A program made the translations under genes and the position numbers. A stretch of DNA of 64,000 nucleotides from Utricularia gibba (lineage: Eukaryota > Plantae > Magnoliophyta): NCBI GenBank assembly GCA_002189035.1, contig NEEC01000027.1:62001-126000 (forward strand), read 5' to 3'. Each line of letters opens with the position of its first letter. Positions within the stretch are counted from its first letter, which is position 1. The notes beneath the pieces were generated by a model. The model worked only from the letters and a program-made list of their open reading frames with translations, was not told where the DNA came from and did not search any database. Below, piece after piece: positions 12,281 to 23,830 of this stretch.

Positions 12281-13715
12281 TGGGACAAGGGCGCTTTTTG
12301 ACTCCGATTTTGGGGAGCATTTTGTACTTGTAGCTTATGTTGATAGCTTTTTCTATCTTCCTTGTGAGTGTATGTCGCAGCAAGCAAAAGCAGGGCCTAA
12401 TTACTCCCAACTCAAACTTGATTAACAAAATGGAGTGATGTCTGTTAGAGAACTTGAGATTCAGCTCCACCCCAATATGCCAAGTTACGGATTGCGGCCT
12501 TCCCACCAACTGATTAATCCATCGCTTCAATGAATGACCTTTCTTTTTTCAAACATCATAAAATTTCGCATGTTTAAAACGAATGTTTTCTGGCATTTTT
12601 TATGCAAACGAAAACAAAACATGTTGGCCAATCACTAACTATTTAGACAGTTCCTTAGCTCACCAAATTCCAACGGACAAAAGTTGAACAAAACCAGGGT
12701 CTCGAGTTCTCTGCAGGCAGACTAACATAATTTTGTGTTGGTCAAGGGAAGCTCTCGAGGAAAAGACTAAAATGCCACTGCGAACAGTCAATATGATGAG
12801 ATGTTTCCGGATATATTTATGTCATTAGCCAAATGCCCAAAAGCAACGTCCTCTAAAAGCGTTGGAGCCAAAAAACAGACGGCAGTCAAAAGAAAGAGTG
12901 ACTTTTTAATGCTGCTTTTCGGCAGCTCTCTGCCAGATCAGTCTCTATGATTCTGATGATCTTTGAACATCAGTTTTCATCTGGAATCCTCGTGGTAAAG
13001 TGTGATAATGAATGCCGTATGCTATATCCGGCGGTTACTACTCTTTTTTCGCTAACGGGAATTTGTCTGGAGAGTGCCGAGAGCTGGATCATGCGGTTGC
13101 TCCTAGGGGTTTCGTTTTGGCTCCAGTTCGGTGAGATCTGAAGAGGTACGTCGGTCGTTAATGACTTCATTGGTTCTTTTAGATTTTTGAGTCAAAGGGA
13201 AACAAACGTAGGAGACAAGAATCGATTTATTGTGATCTTGAATTTTGCTGAAGCGTGATCAAACTTGGGCGTAGCACTGCCTTCATTTATAAATGAGACA
13301 TCCGTCGATTATCTGAAACTCGGCTGTTTTAGGCATAAAGACTGGATTTTTCTTTATTAATCATCACATGAATATGGAGTTTCAAAATTAATTGTCGGTG
13401 CTGGAAGTTTTCTATTTAGTTGTAAGATATCGATAGTGATGTTCACGTGCACCCACATCTGGATTCCGTGCTTTCATTCTAATTGCTTTGGTAGCTATCG
13501 CTTTTTCTTGATTAACCGCAGGAAAATGAGTGATTACACACCTCCTCCGTTACAGTGATTTTTCTTGCTTTATCTTGATTTATGGTGTAGTACATGCTCA
13601 TGATGCCTGCATCCAAGATGACTGTGGCATTGGTTCATTCTTATCACCATTTTGGTGTGTTTTACAAATATGATGCCTTCTTTCTGATTTGGAATGAGTG
13701 TTTTTGGATATCAGT

Positions 13716-15522
13716 ATGGATCTAGACTTCAACAAGTACTGCATTTTGGATGGAAGCCCCACAACTGTGCTCCGTGTCCCTCGAAGTAGATCAAAATCAA
13801 GTGGAAAGCATAGTTCGCAGAATCAAACACAGAGGCTCAAGGAGGGCTTCTATGAGATCAGCTTTAATCGTCTTCATAGTGCATCATGTACAGATGCTGC
13901 CATGAACAGACACACTCACGAGAGTGGTGAAGAGGTGAAACGAGTATCAGTGTATTAATGCTCCACTGAGTTGAGGTTACACAAGAGAAATGGTAGCATG
14001 GTTGATAGGAAAAAGATCGAGGTCTCAAGGGAAAGGAAACTGGAATTCCTAGAAAGTGTCGACTCCTTGTGTTGCTCAGACGAGCATAGCTCAATCAAGG
14101 AAAGGAATAGGGTGTCGATGATGTCCATCTCCGACCAAAGCACGAGTATTTCTAGTGATAACTTAATGGAATTGCGTTGTCTTGATCCTCTTGCACCCTT
14201 TGAGGTCATCTCGAGAAGCGATGGGTTTATAAGTGAAGAGATATTTGATAACCTCGTTAAATCCAGGTCTTCGGAATTTACTAAAGATTGTATGCAGTAC
14301 AGCCATGGGAATGAAGGGAATGACAAGCATGATATGTCCTCTGTGTCCCACCGCCACGGTGTCTTCAAGTTCGAAAGTCGAAAAGACGGTTCATTTTTTG
14401 AGTTTTCAGTTGAATCACCTGAAGGGTCTTATGTTGCCAGGACTTGGAAGGCAGATAATTCCTTATCTTGGATCTACACCTTCCACAGTCTTCATAGCGG
14501 AAGAAAAGGTAATGCGAATGGATGGTGGTTCAAAGACAACAGCAAACAAGCCACCGCAGTTGGAAAAATGCTTGTATCATATTCACGTTGCACCAAAGCA
14601 AAAGAGACCGGAGCTTTTATCGATTCCATGGTGACAGAGTTCGTGCTTTATGATGTTGATCAATCAAGGAGAAGTTCATGGGGGCCTGTAGTTTTGAATG
14701 AGACCATGGAGCAGGTTAGATTTCCCCATCTTCTGAGGGATGCAGAGATGCGCCCTGAGCTGGAGATTGGTGCAATTGTTATACAAGTCCCGTTCAAGAC
14801 AACAGAGAGCCTGAAACTCAAAGATAGCAAGACCCGAAAGATAAATGTCGTGTTCCCTGCTGGAATTCATGGTTCCCCGACGAGCAATGATGCCTTGGGC
14901 CCTTCACCCTTGCTAAAAAGATGGAGGACTGGTGGTGTATGTGACTGTGGAGGATGGGATATGGCTTGTGCACTGGATGTTTATGGGAATCCCGATTCTT
15001 TGATGGATCATGCGCATCCAGGAATGCTCTTTGATCAGGTAACCAACCTTGTCCGTTCGGATATGAACATCCATTCATGGAATCTCGTTTCGTGTGATGT
15101 TTTTTTTTTTTTTTTGTTTTTTTCGTGGTTTTGATGTTTTGCCAACGTCTGTGTAGGGAAGAAGAGGTGGCCCTCTGGCATTTTCCATGCACGCAGTTGA
15201 AGATGGGAAGTACGCTGTAAATTTCCACGCCAAATTGTCTGCCCTTCAAGCATTCTCAATCTGCATTGCGTTCCTTCACTCAGCACAGAACAACTCCACC
15301 ATGTACTGTCAAGACAAAGGCCGAGATTCGTTGCATAATGATTCTCTTAAGATTTTCTCGGAGGAGATTGCAAATTTGATGGATGCAGTTGCAGAAGGAG
15401 AAGATGCAGAAGAAGAGCATTTTGAACCCAAAACTGCTATGAAACAAGCCATCCCGCCTCTTGCCCTGCATAATTTCCTGGACACAGAGCAGAATCCCTG
15501 CATAAAACTACTCGTGCCTTGA
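13716..15522 (+). CDS. DUF3527 family protein, 2 coding exons, with an in-frame TAA at 13956-13958 (possible null allele)
   Basis: MDLDFNKYCILDGSP start; FEFSVE, WIYTFHS, ELEIGAIV, SPLLKRWRTGGVCDCGGWDMAC, YAVNFHAKLSALQAFSICIAFLH motifs. Confidence 0.85.
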
Positions 15523-16688
15523 AGGGTATGTGATCATTCATTCATACTCTGTGAGGGAGAGAGGTGGGAGAATTCAGTTACATAAAATGAAGGAATCCTT
15601 TTGTTTGGTCAGGAAAAAAGGATGGATGATGTCAACTTGTTACTGGGTGCAACAGCCAGATTGATATTGGCTATCCGAATAGGACTTGGACGCTGTCCAG
15701 AGATCCACGTCACGAGGCCACACTGAGCGGCTCCCCAGTTGGTGGTATGACGCGCTGGCTAGTCAGGAGTAGGAGGGGAATCTGGATGTGGGATATGCTA
15801 TTTGGGCAACCACCAGGCCAGCCCCCGTCATAATGAGAACAAATTGACGTGCAGAAAAAGGCCAAACTCTCTCTCAAAGCATCGTTTCGTATCGGAGGCA
15901 CAGTTGTCACCTCGTCATCATCATTGGACCCCCTCCCCTCCCCTCCCTAGATAGAGCGCATCATCACTGGATTTTGATCACCCTGCACACCCAGAAAGGT
16001 AAGGTAAGGTAAGCGGCACACTGCAGCCTGCCCTGCCCTGCCCTGCTCATTCCACTGTACCGGATTTTTACGAGGAAGGGGAGGGGAGGGCACGTCGACG
16101 TCCAGAAAAGAAACAGAAAGCGTGGTGAATCCAGGCACGCTTATCAGGTGGTTGGAGTGCGTGGACAGAAGGAGGCCACGTTGGCATTCTCGCGGCCACC
16201 CCTCACTGTGTGTGTGTGTGTGTGTGTTGTGTGTATCCACAAGGAATTCAATCTTTGGCTGCAGGCAAGAGAGGCATCCTTCTCCTCCTCATTCCCACTG
16301 ATGGATCGGATAGAGAGCAGCAGGAGTAGGGGCATTGGCAGCATTCCTATTCCTACTCCTTGGGGTGGGGTGGGTGCGTATTATGGGATGGGATGTAGCG
16401 AGGGAAGGGAAGGGGAGGACTTGGGGATTATAATAATAATCTCTATTTCATAAATGCCTACTGCTGCTCCGCTCCACTTCACCTCCGGCAGGGCCAGGGC
16501 CAGGGGACCGCCACTGCACTGCAATCATAAATATCATTTTTTTAGTTTACGGGAAAAATTCCAAATGTAATGCATGAGAAGGACGTCGACTCGACAAAAT
16601 GAGATCCAACCACGTCATCGTATTCTGTTACAAGCTTGCTAGCTTGCTAGCTATCTTCTTCTTAAGATATCTGGTGTCCTTGGGCGCA

Positions 16689-16716
16689 GGGCGGGGCAGG
16701 GCAGGGCAGGGCAGGG
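16689..16716 (+). repeat. (GGGCA)n tract with G-quadruplex potential
   Basis: Six runs of >=3 G separated by 1-2 nt loops. Confidence 0.7.
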
Positions 16717-17310
16717 CTCTTGCAGCAAACTAATCTAATCTAATCTAATCGCGGGATCGGAGAGAGTACTCCCATCTCATTCTGTCCCAAAATGGAGCAC
16801 CCTAGCTAGCTAACATCACCCCACCAGTGTGTTTAGTGATTTCCCATGGCGCGGCAGTTCAACTTTCTGCTGGGGTCGGTCCTTCCTCATGTCATGTCAT
16901 GGCGGATGGAGCCTAGAATAAAACAGATGATCCTTTATGCACCAACTCTTTCTTACAACACTTGGGTTCGTCCCGGCCCGGGGCAAGGCACTGCCACTGG
17001 CAACGGAGAAACGATTGCTTAATCCCCACATGGCTACGCGGAGGCCATGGGAGTGGGACATCATTTACGCAATTATTGAGCAGTTGATGACGTCCCATTT
17101 ATCTTTCCTCCTCATTTTTCTTTTGTGCTTTGGTAGGCACAGCCTTGGCTTCTTCTGCATACTTTTTTCTGTTTAAAATGCGCCGGTACTTGTCAAGATT
17201 ATAAACTCCCACTCGCTCACACATACTTCCGTCTCATTTGTTTTTTTGTTGGTATAATCGGATGTGTATATATCTATATATATGAATCACTTGGCAACCA
17301 GTGCTCAAGA

Positions 17311-20009
17311 ATGGAACTTGAAGACCAAAAGGAAATCCCACAAAATCTGAGGGAGCAGCTAGCTCTTGCTGTGAGAAGCATCCGGTGGAGTTATGCAATT
17401 TTTTGGTCACGCTCTCCTCTGGACAACGGGTAAGTTACCAGTTTGCTGGAAACCGTTCCCAAAGCATAGATCCAGTTGGGGTTTGGAAGGAAAATCAGCT
17501 ACTCTTGTTTTTCTCTGACTCCCAACTTTTTCTTGTCTTCATGCGATATTTTTTTCTTTCTGGGGTGGGAATGAAGTGGGTTCGTAGCGTTTGCAGAAAA
17601 AAAACAACTGTCTAGTAGCTATCGTTTGCAAGGACTCCCTTCTGCACAAATCGTGTCTCCAGGAAATCCTTGGGTTGAACTCCTTAAGGTTTCTGTTTCG
17701 CATAGCAGCCTCTCGATTGATCTGCTGTATTCCTTCTGAGAATCTGCTTACTGGAAGAGTAATGGTTTCTAAGTGGTCCGTCCTTTCTTTAACTGAAATT
17801 GCGAAAATTGATCTTTGAAGGAGATTGGAATGGTATGACGGGTACTACAACGGAGAAATTAAAACGAGAAAGACCGTTCAGTCGACGGAGGCGAACACCG
17901 ATCAACTGGGATTGCAGAGAACTGATCAGTTGCAAGAACTTTACGAGTCTCTTTCACTCGGAGAAACCAATCATCAAGCAAAACGGCCGACCGCAGCTTT
18001 GATACCTGAAGATCTCTCAAATGCTGAGTGGTACTTCTTGGTCTGTATGTCATTTAGGTTCGACATCGGACAAGGGTAATTCTTGTGTTCTCCACTTGGT
18101 TTGTCAACCATTTGTTCCGAAGTTCTACTTTGTCATACTTCTCAAGAAATGAATTACCTTTTGAAGGCTCCCTGGGATGACATTGGATAAGAACGAGGCA
18201 ATCTGGTTGTGCAATGCTCACCGTGCAGACACAAGATTCTTCTCTCGTTCTCTGCTCGCCAAGGCAAGTAGAAAAAGAACACTTTCTTAAAGTCTACAAC
18301 TTTGCTCCCTGCAGTGAACTAAAGATTTTCTTCCTGTTGCCTTGCATCCCACAGAGTGCAGCAATTAAGGTACTGCTCATCTTCTCTTGAACGAGCACTA
18401 AGCATAACGCAAATTTGAGTTCTAAGACTAATCGGATGCCGTAATCTTGTCTCAGACAATCGTCTGCTTTCCTCACTTGGGTGGAGTGGTGGAGCTGGGA
18501 ACATCCGAATTAGTACGAGCATTGCACATGCTCCTGTTTAGTTTTAGTTCCCGGAAACTAAGTTTTTTGTTTTTTTTTTTTTCTGTTGGTATTTGAAGGT
18601 TCAGGAGGATATGAATCTGATTCACCATGTGAAGATGATTTTTTTGAAGAATCCGAACGTTGATCATGAGAGCATTTTCAACAACGACCATGTCATCGAT
18701 TGCCAAGTTCCTGGCCCAGAAAACACACCCCTTGATTGTCCAAGTGAGGAACATTCACCGAACGACTGTTCTGATGATTTCGTGGACAATCTGCTGCGAG
18801 AAAAATCAAACTTGGTTGACGATGCCGAAGGTGAGACGGCTGCTTCTCAGATACTCAACTTTCAATTCTTGGATGATGCAAATAGCAATTGTCTCAACAA
18901 CCCAATGAGCTCCAGTGACTGTGCTTCCGAAACTTATCAAGATCCGGAGCCAGTCCTCCCGCAAATTGAGGTGAAAGGAGTACGGAATAGAACCCGGGAA
19001 TGTGATCGGAACAACTCCCGTGATATGAAAAAGATGGACACGCACTACCACAGCGTGCTATCCAGTTTGCTCAAGAGCTCCCACCAATTGATTCTCGGAC
19101 CATATTTCAGAAATGCTAATCCGGAGTCGAGCTTCATCAGCTGGATGAGGGACGGCCCTACCGGAAATCAGGTGCATAACTGTGTAGAACCGCAAAGGTT
19201 GCTAAAGAAAGCGCTGATCGAAGTTCCAAGATTGCATTTAAGTTTGAGGTCTGAGGGAGCTAAAAAGAGCAGTAACTCCAGACAGGAGGTTGATGAAACG
19301 GACAGGAATCATGTCTTGTCCGAGCGGAAGCGCCGTGAGAAAATAAACGAGCGCTTCCTCATTCTGGGGTCCATTATTCCGTCGGGTGGAAAGGTCGACA
19401 AGGTTTCAATCCTCGATCATACAATAGAGTACTTGAGGGAGCTGGAGAGGAAACTGGAAGGGTTAGAGTCCTACAAACAAGCAATGGAGCTAGAGAGACC
19501 TGTAGATGCTGTCGAGAGGACGTCTGATAACTATGGCTCCAACACCATTGATCATAGCACCAAGAAGGCTTCAACGAGCAGGAGAAGCATCCATGATGCC
19601 GATAAATCAGGAGGCAAAAACAAGAGACCGAAGTTCAGAGATTCCTCAGCAGACGATGTAACAGTTCAGGTCTCAGACAGGGAAGTTTTGATCGAGAGTC
19701 AATGCTCATGGACAGAAAATATGATCATCGAATTCGTGGGGGCAGTGAGTAAGCTGCGCTTGGATATTCAGACATTCGATTCCTCCAACGTCAATGGGAT
19801 TCTGTCCATGAAAATGAAGGCCAAGGTGCGTATGCTATAAATCTGAAGACAGTAATTTTATGAGCTAAAACGCTGTTTGAACCTGATATTTACGTAAATG
19901 ATCTCTGTGTTTACAGTGCAAGGGACTGAAAGCTCCATCAGCAAGTGTGATCAGGCAAGCACTTCACAAAGTGATTTCACAAGAAATGAAGAAGCTGGGA
20001 ATTGTATAA
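17311..20009 (+). CDS. GL3: bHLH subgroup IIIf transcription factor (GL3/EGL3/Delila/JAF13-like)
   Basis: MYB-interacting N-terminus QLALAVRSIRWSYAIFWS, LEWYDGYYNGEIKTRKT, AEWYFLVCMSF; 15-nt mini-exon SAAIK (18355-18369); bHLH NHVLSERKRREKINERF; ACT-like C-terminus. Confidence 0.93.
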
Positions 20010-20950
20010 GATTGTCAATGGTGTAAAACTGTGGCTGAGTTAGTCAAATGCTCGTTTTTTTCTTCCTCATTCTCCAGTTCATGATCCCCGATAAATCTAC
20101 AACTAAGGGCTAAATGTGGATTGTCATCGTTCATTAATTGGTTCTGTTTCTTTTGGAACCCACAAACACTAATAAGTATTAACCTTAACCTTGTCGTGGC
20201 CAGAGATGCATTTTACACTTGCTGTGAAGCGTCGTCATTGTTCTACAAATAATGCAGTGAAATGGAACACTGACGGACAACCAGCAAGGTTTCAGAGTTG
20301 CATGCCTCGGCTTCCGGGCAAACATTTGTTCTCTTTTTTCAGTGTGTTTGCACAGGTATCCCCGTTGTATAATGATTCCACAAAATCAAGCAGTGTGCAT
20401 CTACATGTAATCTTATCTGAATGTTCCAACAGCTGTCGAAATCTCCTAAAGCCTAACAAATCTTATCTACAGGGATGGCATCAACTGTGTTCGTTATCTG
20501 TGTTGGAAAAACTGATGCTGACAAAATCTGCGTGGTTGTGGTCGCATGAACTTGTTGTGGGCACCAGAAGCAACAAATGGACTGGACCCGAGAGAAACAT
20601 GTGCGCGCAGTGCATTCTTCCCTGCAAATTCTCGCTCCCATCTTAGCCTGTAGGCCAAGGCTAGGCACCCGCCCCGCTCATTTATTTGTCTGGCTCCAAA
20701 ATCTGCTGATCACCCATGCAAGCTGAGGTTGTTGGTCCAGAATGGATGAGAAAGTTGGTCTAAGGGGAAGGGATTCTTAGTTTGTAGGATGAAAACAAGG
20801 TTGCTGTAGAGATTTATGTTCACATTATGTGTGCATGTGAATCAAAAGAAAGTTATTATTAACAGGGAAGGCAAAACTTATGTTAATTTATTAAAATGTG
20901 GGAGAAGAGGACTTGGACAAAAAGAAAAAGAAAAGAGAAATGAAAAAAAA

Positions 20951-23830
20951 CTAGCAACCATTGTGGTGATCTTGGGCGCTAGCAGAAATAAGCCTTGTGA
21001 ACTTGTTCAAAGTTTCTCTAGCGGAGACCGTGTCTTGATGATTCTCACCACAAATGGAGATTCTGATGTAAACAACCTTTCGTATAAGGTCTTCTCCAAC
21101 GTCCAGCATCCCGCCTCTAAGCATTAGCTTCGCCCTGACTTCAAGAACGCTGGCTCTTGTCAACGCCAGCTCCTGCCAGAGGCTAGGATTGAGTTGTGCA
21201 TTTGTGGGAATCGAACCCCAGCACCTTGACTTGTCGAACCATTTGTCAACTGGGGTAACCAGCTCTTGGTCTGTGGCTTCTAGTGCTTCTGTTGCAAGGC
21301 GCAGCAGCTCCATAGCGGCATTACATCTGGAGAAAGTGATGAATGTCCTTATGGCTAGTGGTAGGATCACTTCTTTGACGAGACGGAGGAGCTCTTGGAC
21401 CTTGAGTTCTACTACTATGGGGTCTTTCCCAAACCCGAGAAGCAAAAAGCATGCTGCCCAGGCATGCTCATGGGCTGGAGATTTCAAGCCGTGGCTAATC
21501 AAAGCTTGCACCATGGCTTGAGCCACTCCCGAGGTTCCCTTCTTTCGTGCATAGAGCTTCGTAAGATGGTTGAAATGTATGAAGCCTTCGGACGTGGATG
21601 CTCTGGCCATGTTGAATCTCAGCAGCAATGCCGATGCTTCCGTTTCTGATTTGCGAGCATACGATGATGTGCAGACACATGCTAGAGAACCCAATATCCT
21701 CCTCCATAAATGCCTGCGATGCCGCTTTTCGGGTACTTTTTGCGCAGCAAGAGCCAAGACAGACACAGGAATCCTAGCAGGACCAAACCAACCACTAGCG
21801 AGAACCATTCTGGTTGCTAGACTTCTTGCTCCGTTGGCCTGATCAAAGATGGAAAAGCAAACCTCAAAAAGCTGCAGGAGAAATGTATTCTTTCGTAGTG
21901 CATGATTTCCACGGTTGCTCCAGGTTACCACCCGTGAAGATGCCCGGTTGATCGTATCCAGCAATCGACTCGGACTGATTGGAAGCTCGGAGAGAATGGA
22001 ACCCACAATGGCAAGTCCCAGAGTTAGCCTTGCAAGCTTCTCTTCAATAACTCGGAGTGCATCAAACTCACCATTTGACTGGTCCCTTGAGGTGTTGCTG
22101 CTACTGCTACCTTGCATCAGCAGCATTGCCTCTGCAGCTGATAGGTAAGACAGCCGCAGCGGTTCAATGCTCCTTATCTGAGAAAGTCGTGTTGATATGA
22201 TGGCATGTGACTCGCCTCCGAATCGGGGCAACAGATCCATTACGTTCTTGTGATCCCACCAGTCTCTTTCACTCTCTAAACTGTCTATAACAACAAGGAA
22301 GGGGATGTTTTTCATCAGCTCCTTGCGAATCCTGGCAATGGCTGCTTCCTCTTGCTCGTCAAAGCTCTTGGGGCGAGCGTTCCCACTGATGCACTTATTA
22401 ACTTCCGCGTCTGTTTCCAGATATGACCACAGATTCATGTAGTTTTGACGGATGTATCTGCTTTCTCCACCTATCCAAAGAACCATTTTGTACCTCTGAT
22501 GAAACCTGTAAGCAAACTCCAAAACCAATTCCGTTTTCCCAATACCAGATTCTCCGGATACGCAGGCAATTCCCTTTCCATAAGCAGCTTTTATGGGTCT
22601 TCTCCTCCCACTCTTTCCACTTCTCTGCATCTCAATCTCCTTGTCTGATTCCTTCCACACAACTGGCTCCTTCTCCTTCTCCTTCCCTTTCCTTCTTTCA
22701 TCAACAGAACTACTCCTTCCCCATGCCACAGTCAGATTCTTGCGCCTTGGCCTCGTTTTCAGCTCAAAAAAATCGCGCTCACCATCACCGGTGACATCAC
22801 CAAACAATATGAACTCCAACCTTGATAGCTCCCTTCTCCGGCCAACAAAGTTTTCATTTCGTGGAAAAGGGAACTCATTCTTCTCTGCCTTGTCACGCCA
22901 TTTGTTCAGTCTGTCTACGATGCTCCTCCGACCCATTCGTAATGCCAGCAGCGTAACAGCTCTGAAAATGCAGTCCCTCCATTTCCCATCCTGTGCCTCG
23001 AGCTTCCATTCGTCCACACGAGAAAGGGTACCGACGGCATCTCTCCATTCCTTCTCAAGCCCTCCATAAACCAACCATAGCTCACCTCCATGTTTCTCCC
23101 AGATCTCACCTCTCTTCTCAATTATATCTCTAGCTAGACAATCATCTGGTCCGAGGTCGAAGTACACCGGCACTAAATTCTTCTTGCTAGAGAAAAATCG
23201 CAACTCCTCTATGCTGTAAGGATTCCTGAATGACTTCCTGGTTAGGACTACAACACCAAATGTACAAGAGTCTACAGCTTTCTCAACAACGCTGTGCTTC
23301 CGAGAATTTCTACATCTAGCTCTATCTGCAGCAAAACAGGTGAAACCATGAACCTCTAACTCTGCACGTAACCAATTTGTGAACCGGCGCAGCAATGGCT
23401 TCCGGCCATGATACCCTATGTACACATCATAGCTTCTTGATCTAGCAGCAAAAGATAATGGATCAACAGATTCGACCAATCTCCCCACTCTCCTAGCTTT
23501 ACCCTTGCTTCCATTATGACAAAAACCTTCATTGGTTGACAATGGTTGATCATCCAAATTCGGCTGAGTGCTGGTTTCTCCACGAGGGTACACATCTGCC
23601 GACGAAAAACGGGTGTTTGTCAACAACTCAAATCCTACGTTTCTCAACTCAGCATCATTCTCTTCCACATTTTTTCCTGCAGTATTCTTGGGCAGAGGAG
23701 CATTGGGCGATCTTGGCGAGAAGAAGGGAGACTGACTTGCTGACAAGAAAGCTGATGATGAGGACGATAGATTCCTAGATGTTGTACAAGGTACCTGTCT
23801 GAACCTATTACATTCTTCTCGAAGATCCAT
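20951..23830 (-). CDS. TNP: TIR-NB-ARC-TPR (TNP) protein, intronless CDS
   Basis: Uninterrupted ORF; TIR-like YDVYIGYHG..NPYSIEELRFF; P-loop GESGIGKT; Walker-B-like LVVIDSLE; helical TPR-like C-terminus; no LRR. Confidence 0.9.
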   Translation of the reverse strand: MDLREECNRFRQVPCTTSRNLSSSSSAFLSASQSPFFSPRSPNAPLPKNTAGKNVEENDAELRNVGFELLTNTRFSSADVYPRGETSTQPNLDDQPLSTNEGFCHNGSKGKARRVGRLVESVDPLSFAARSRSYDVYIGYHGRKPLLRRFTNWLRAELEVHGFTCFAADRARCRNSRKHSVVEKAVDSCTFGVVVLTRKSFRNPYSIEELRFFSSKKNLVPVYFDLGPDDCLARDIIEKRGEIWEKHGGELWLVYGGLEKEWRDAVGTLSRVDEWKLEAQDGKWRDCIFRAVTLLALRMGRRSIVDRLNKWRDKAEKNEFPFPRNENFVGRRRELSRLEFILFGDVTGDGERDFFELKTRPRRKNLTVAWGRSSSVDERRKGKEKEKEPVVWKESDKEIEMQRSGKSGRRRPIKAAYGKGIACVSGESGIGKTELVLEFAYRFHQRYKMVLWIGGESRYIRQNYMNLWSYLETDAEVNKCISGNARPKSFDEQEEAAIARIRKELMKNIPFLVVIDSLESERDWWDHKNVMDLLPRFGGESHAIISTRLSQIRSIEPLRLSYLSAAEAMLLMQGSSSSNTSRDQSNGEFDALRVIEEKLARLTLGLAIVGSILSELPISPSRLLDTINRASSRVVTWSNRGNHALRKNTFLLQLFEVCFSIFDQANGARSLATRMVLASGWFGPARIPVSVLALAAQKVPEKRHRRHLWRRILGSLACVCTSSYARKSETEASALLLRFNMARASTSEGFIHFNHLTKLYARKKGTSGVAQAMVQALISHGLKSPAHEHAWAACFLLLGFGKDPIVVELKVQELLRLVKEVILPLAIRTFITFSRCNAAMELLRLATEALEATDQELVTPVDKWFDKSRCWGSIPTNAQLNPSLWQELALTRASVLEVRAKLMLRGGMLDVGEDLIRKVVYIRISICGENHQDTVSARETLNKFTRLISASAQDHHNGC

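Noticed and set aside
15784-15794. USE-like ATCCCACATCC on the minus strand (possible second snRNA or telomerase RNA gene)
   Set aside because: No TATA at Pol III or Pol II spacing and no recognisable RNA downstream.
16146-16205. miR394-like fragments (TTGGCATTCT on plus, TTCTGTCCAC on minus) in an imperfect hairpin
   Set aside because: Only 10-nt partial matches on opposite strands; no mature miRNA/star duplex.
20191-20646. 151-aa ORF between GL3 and TNP
   Set aside because: TTG start, no recognisable domain, lies in the convergent 3' UTR region.
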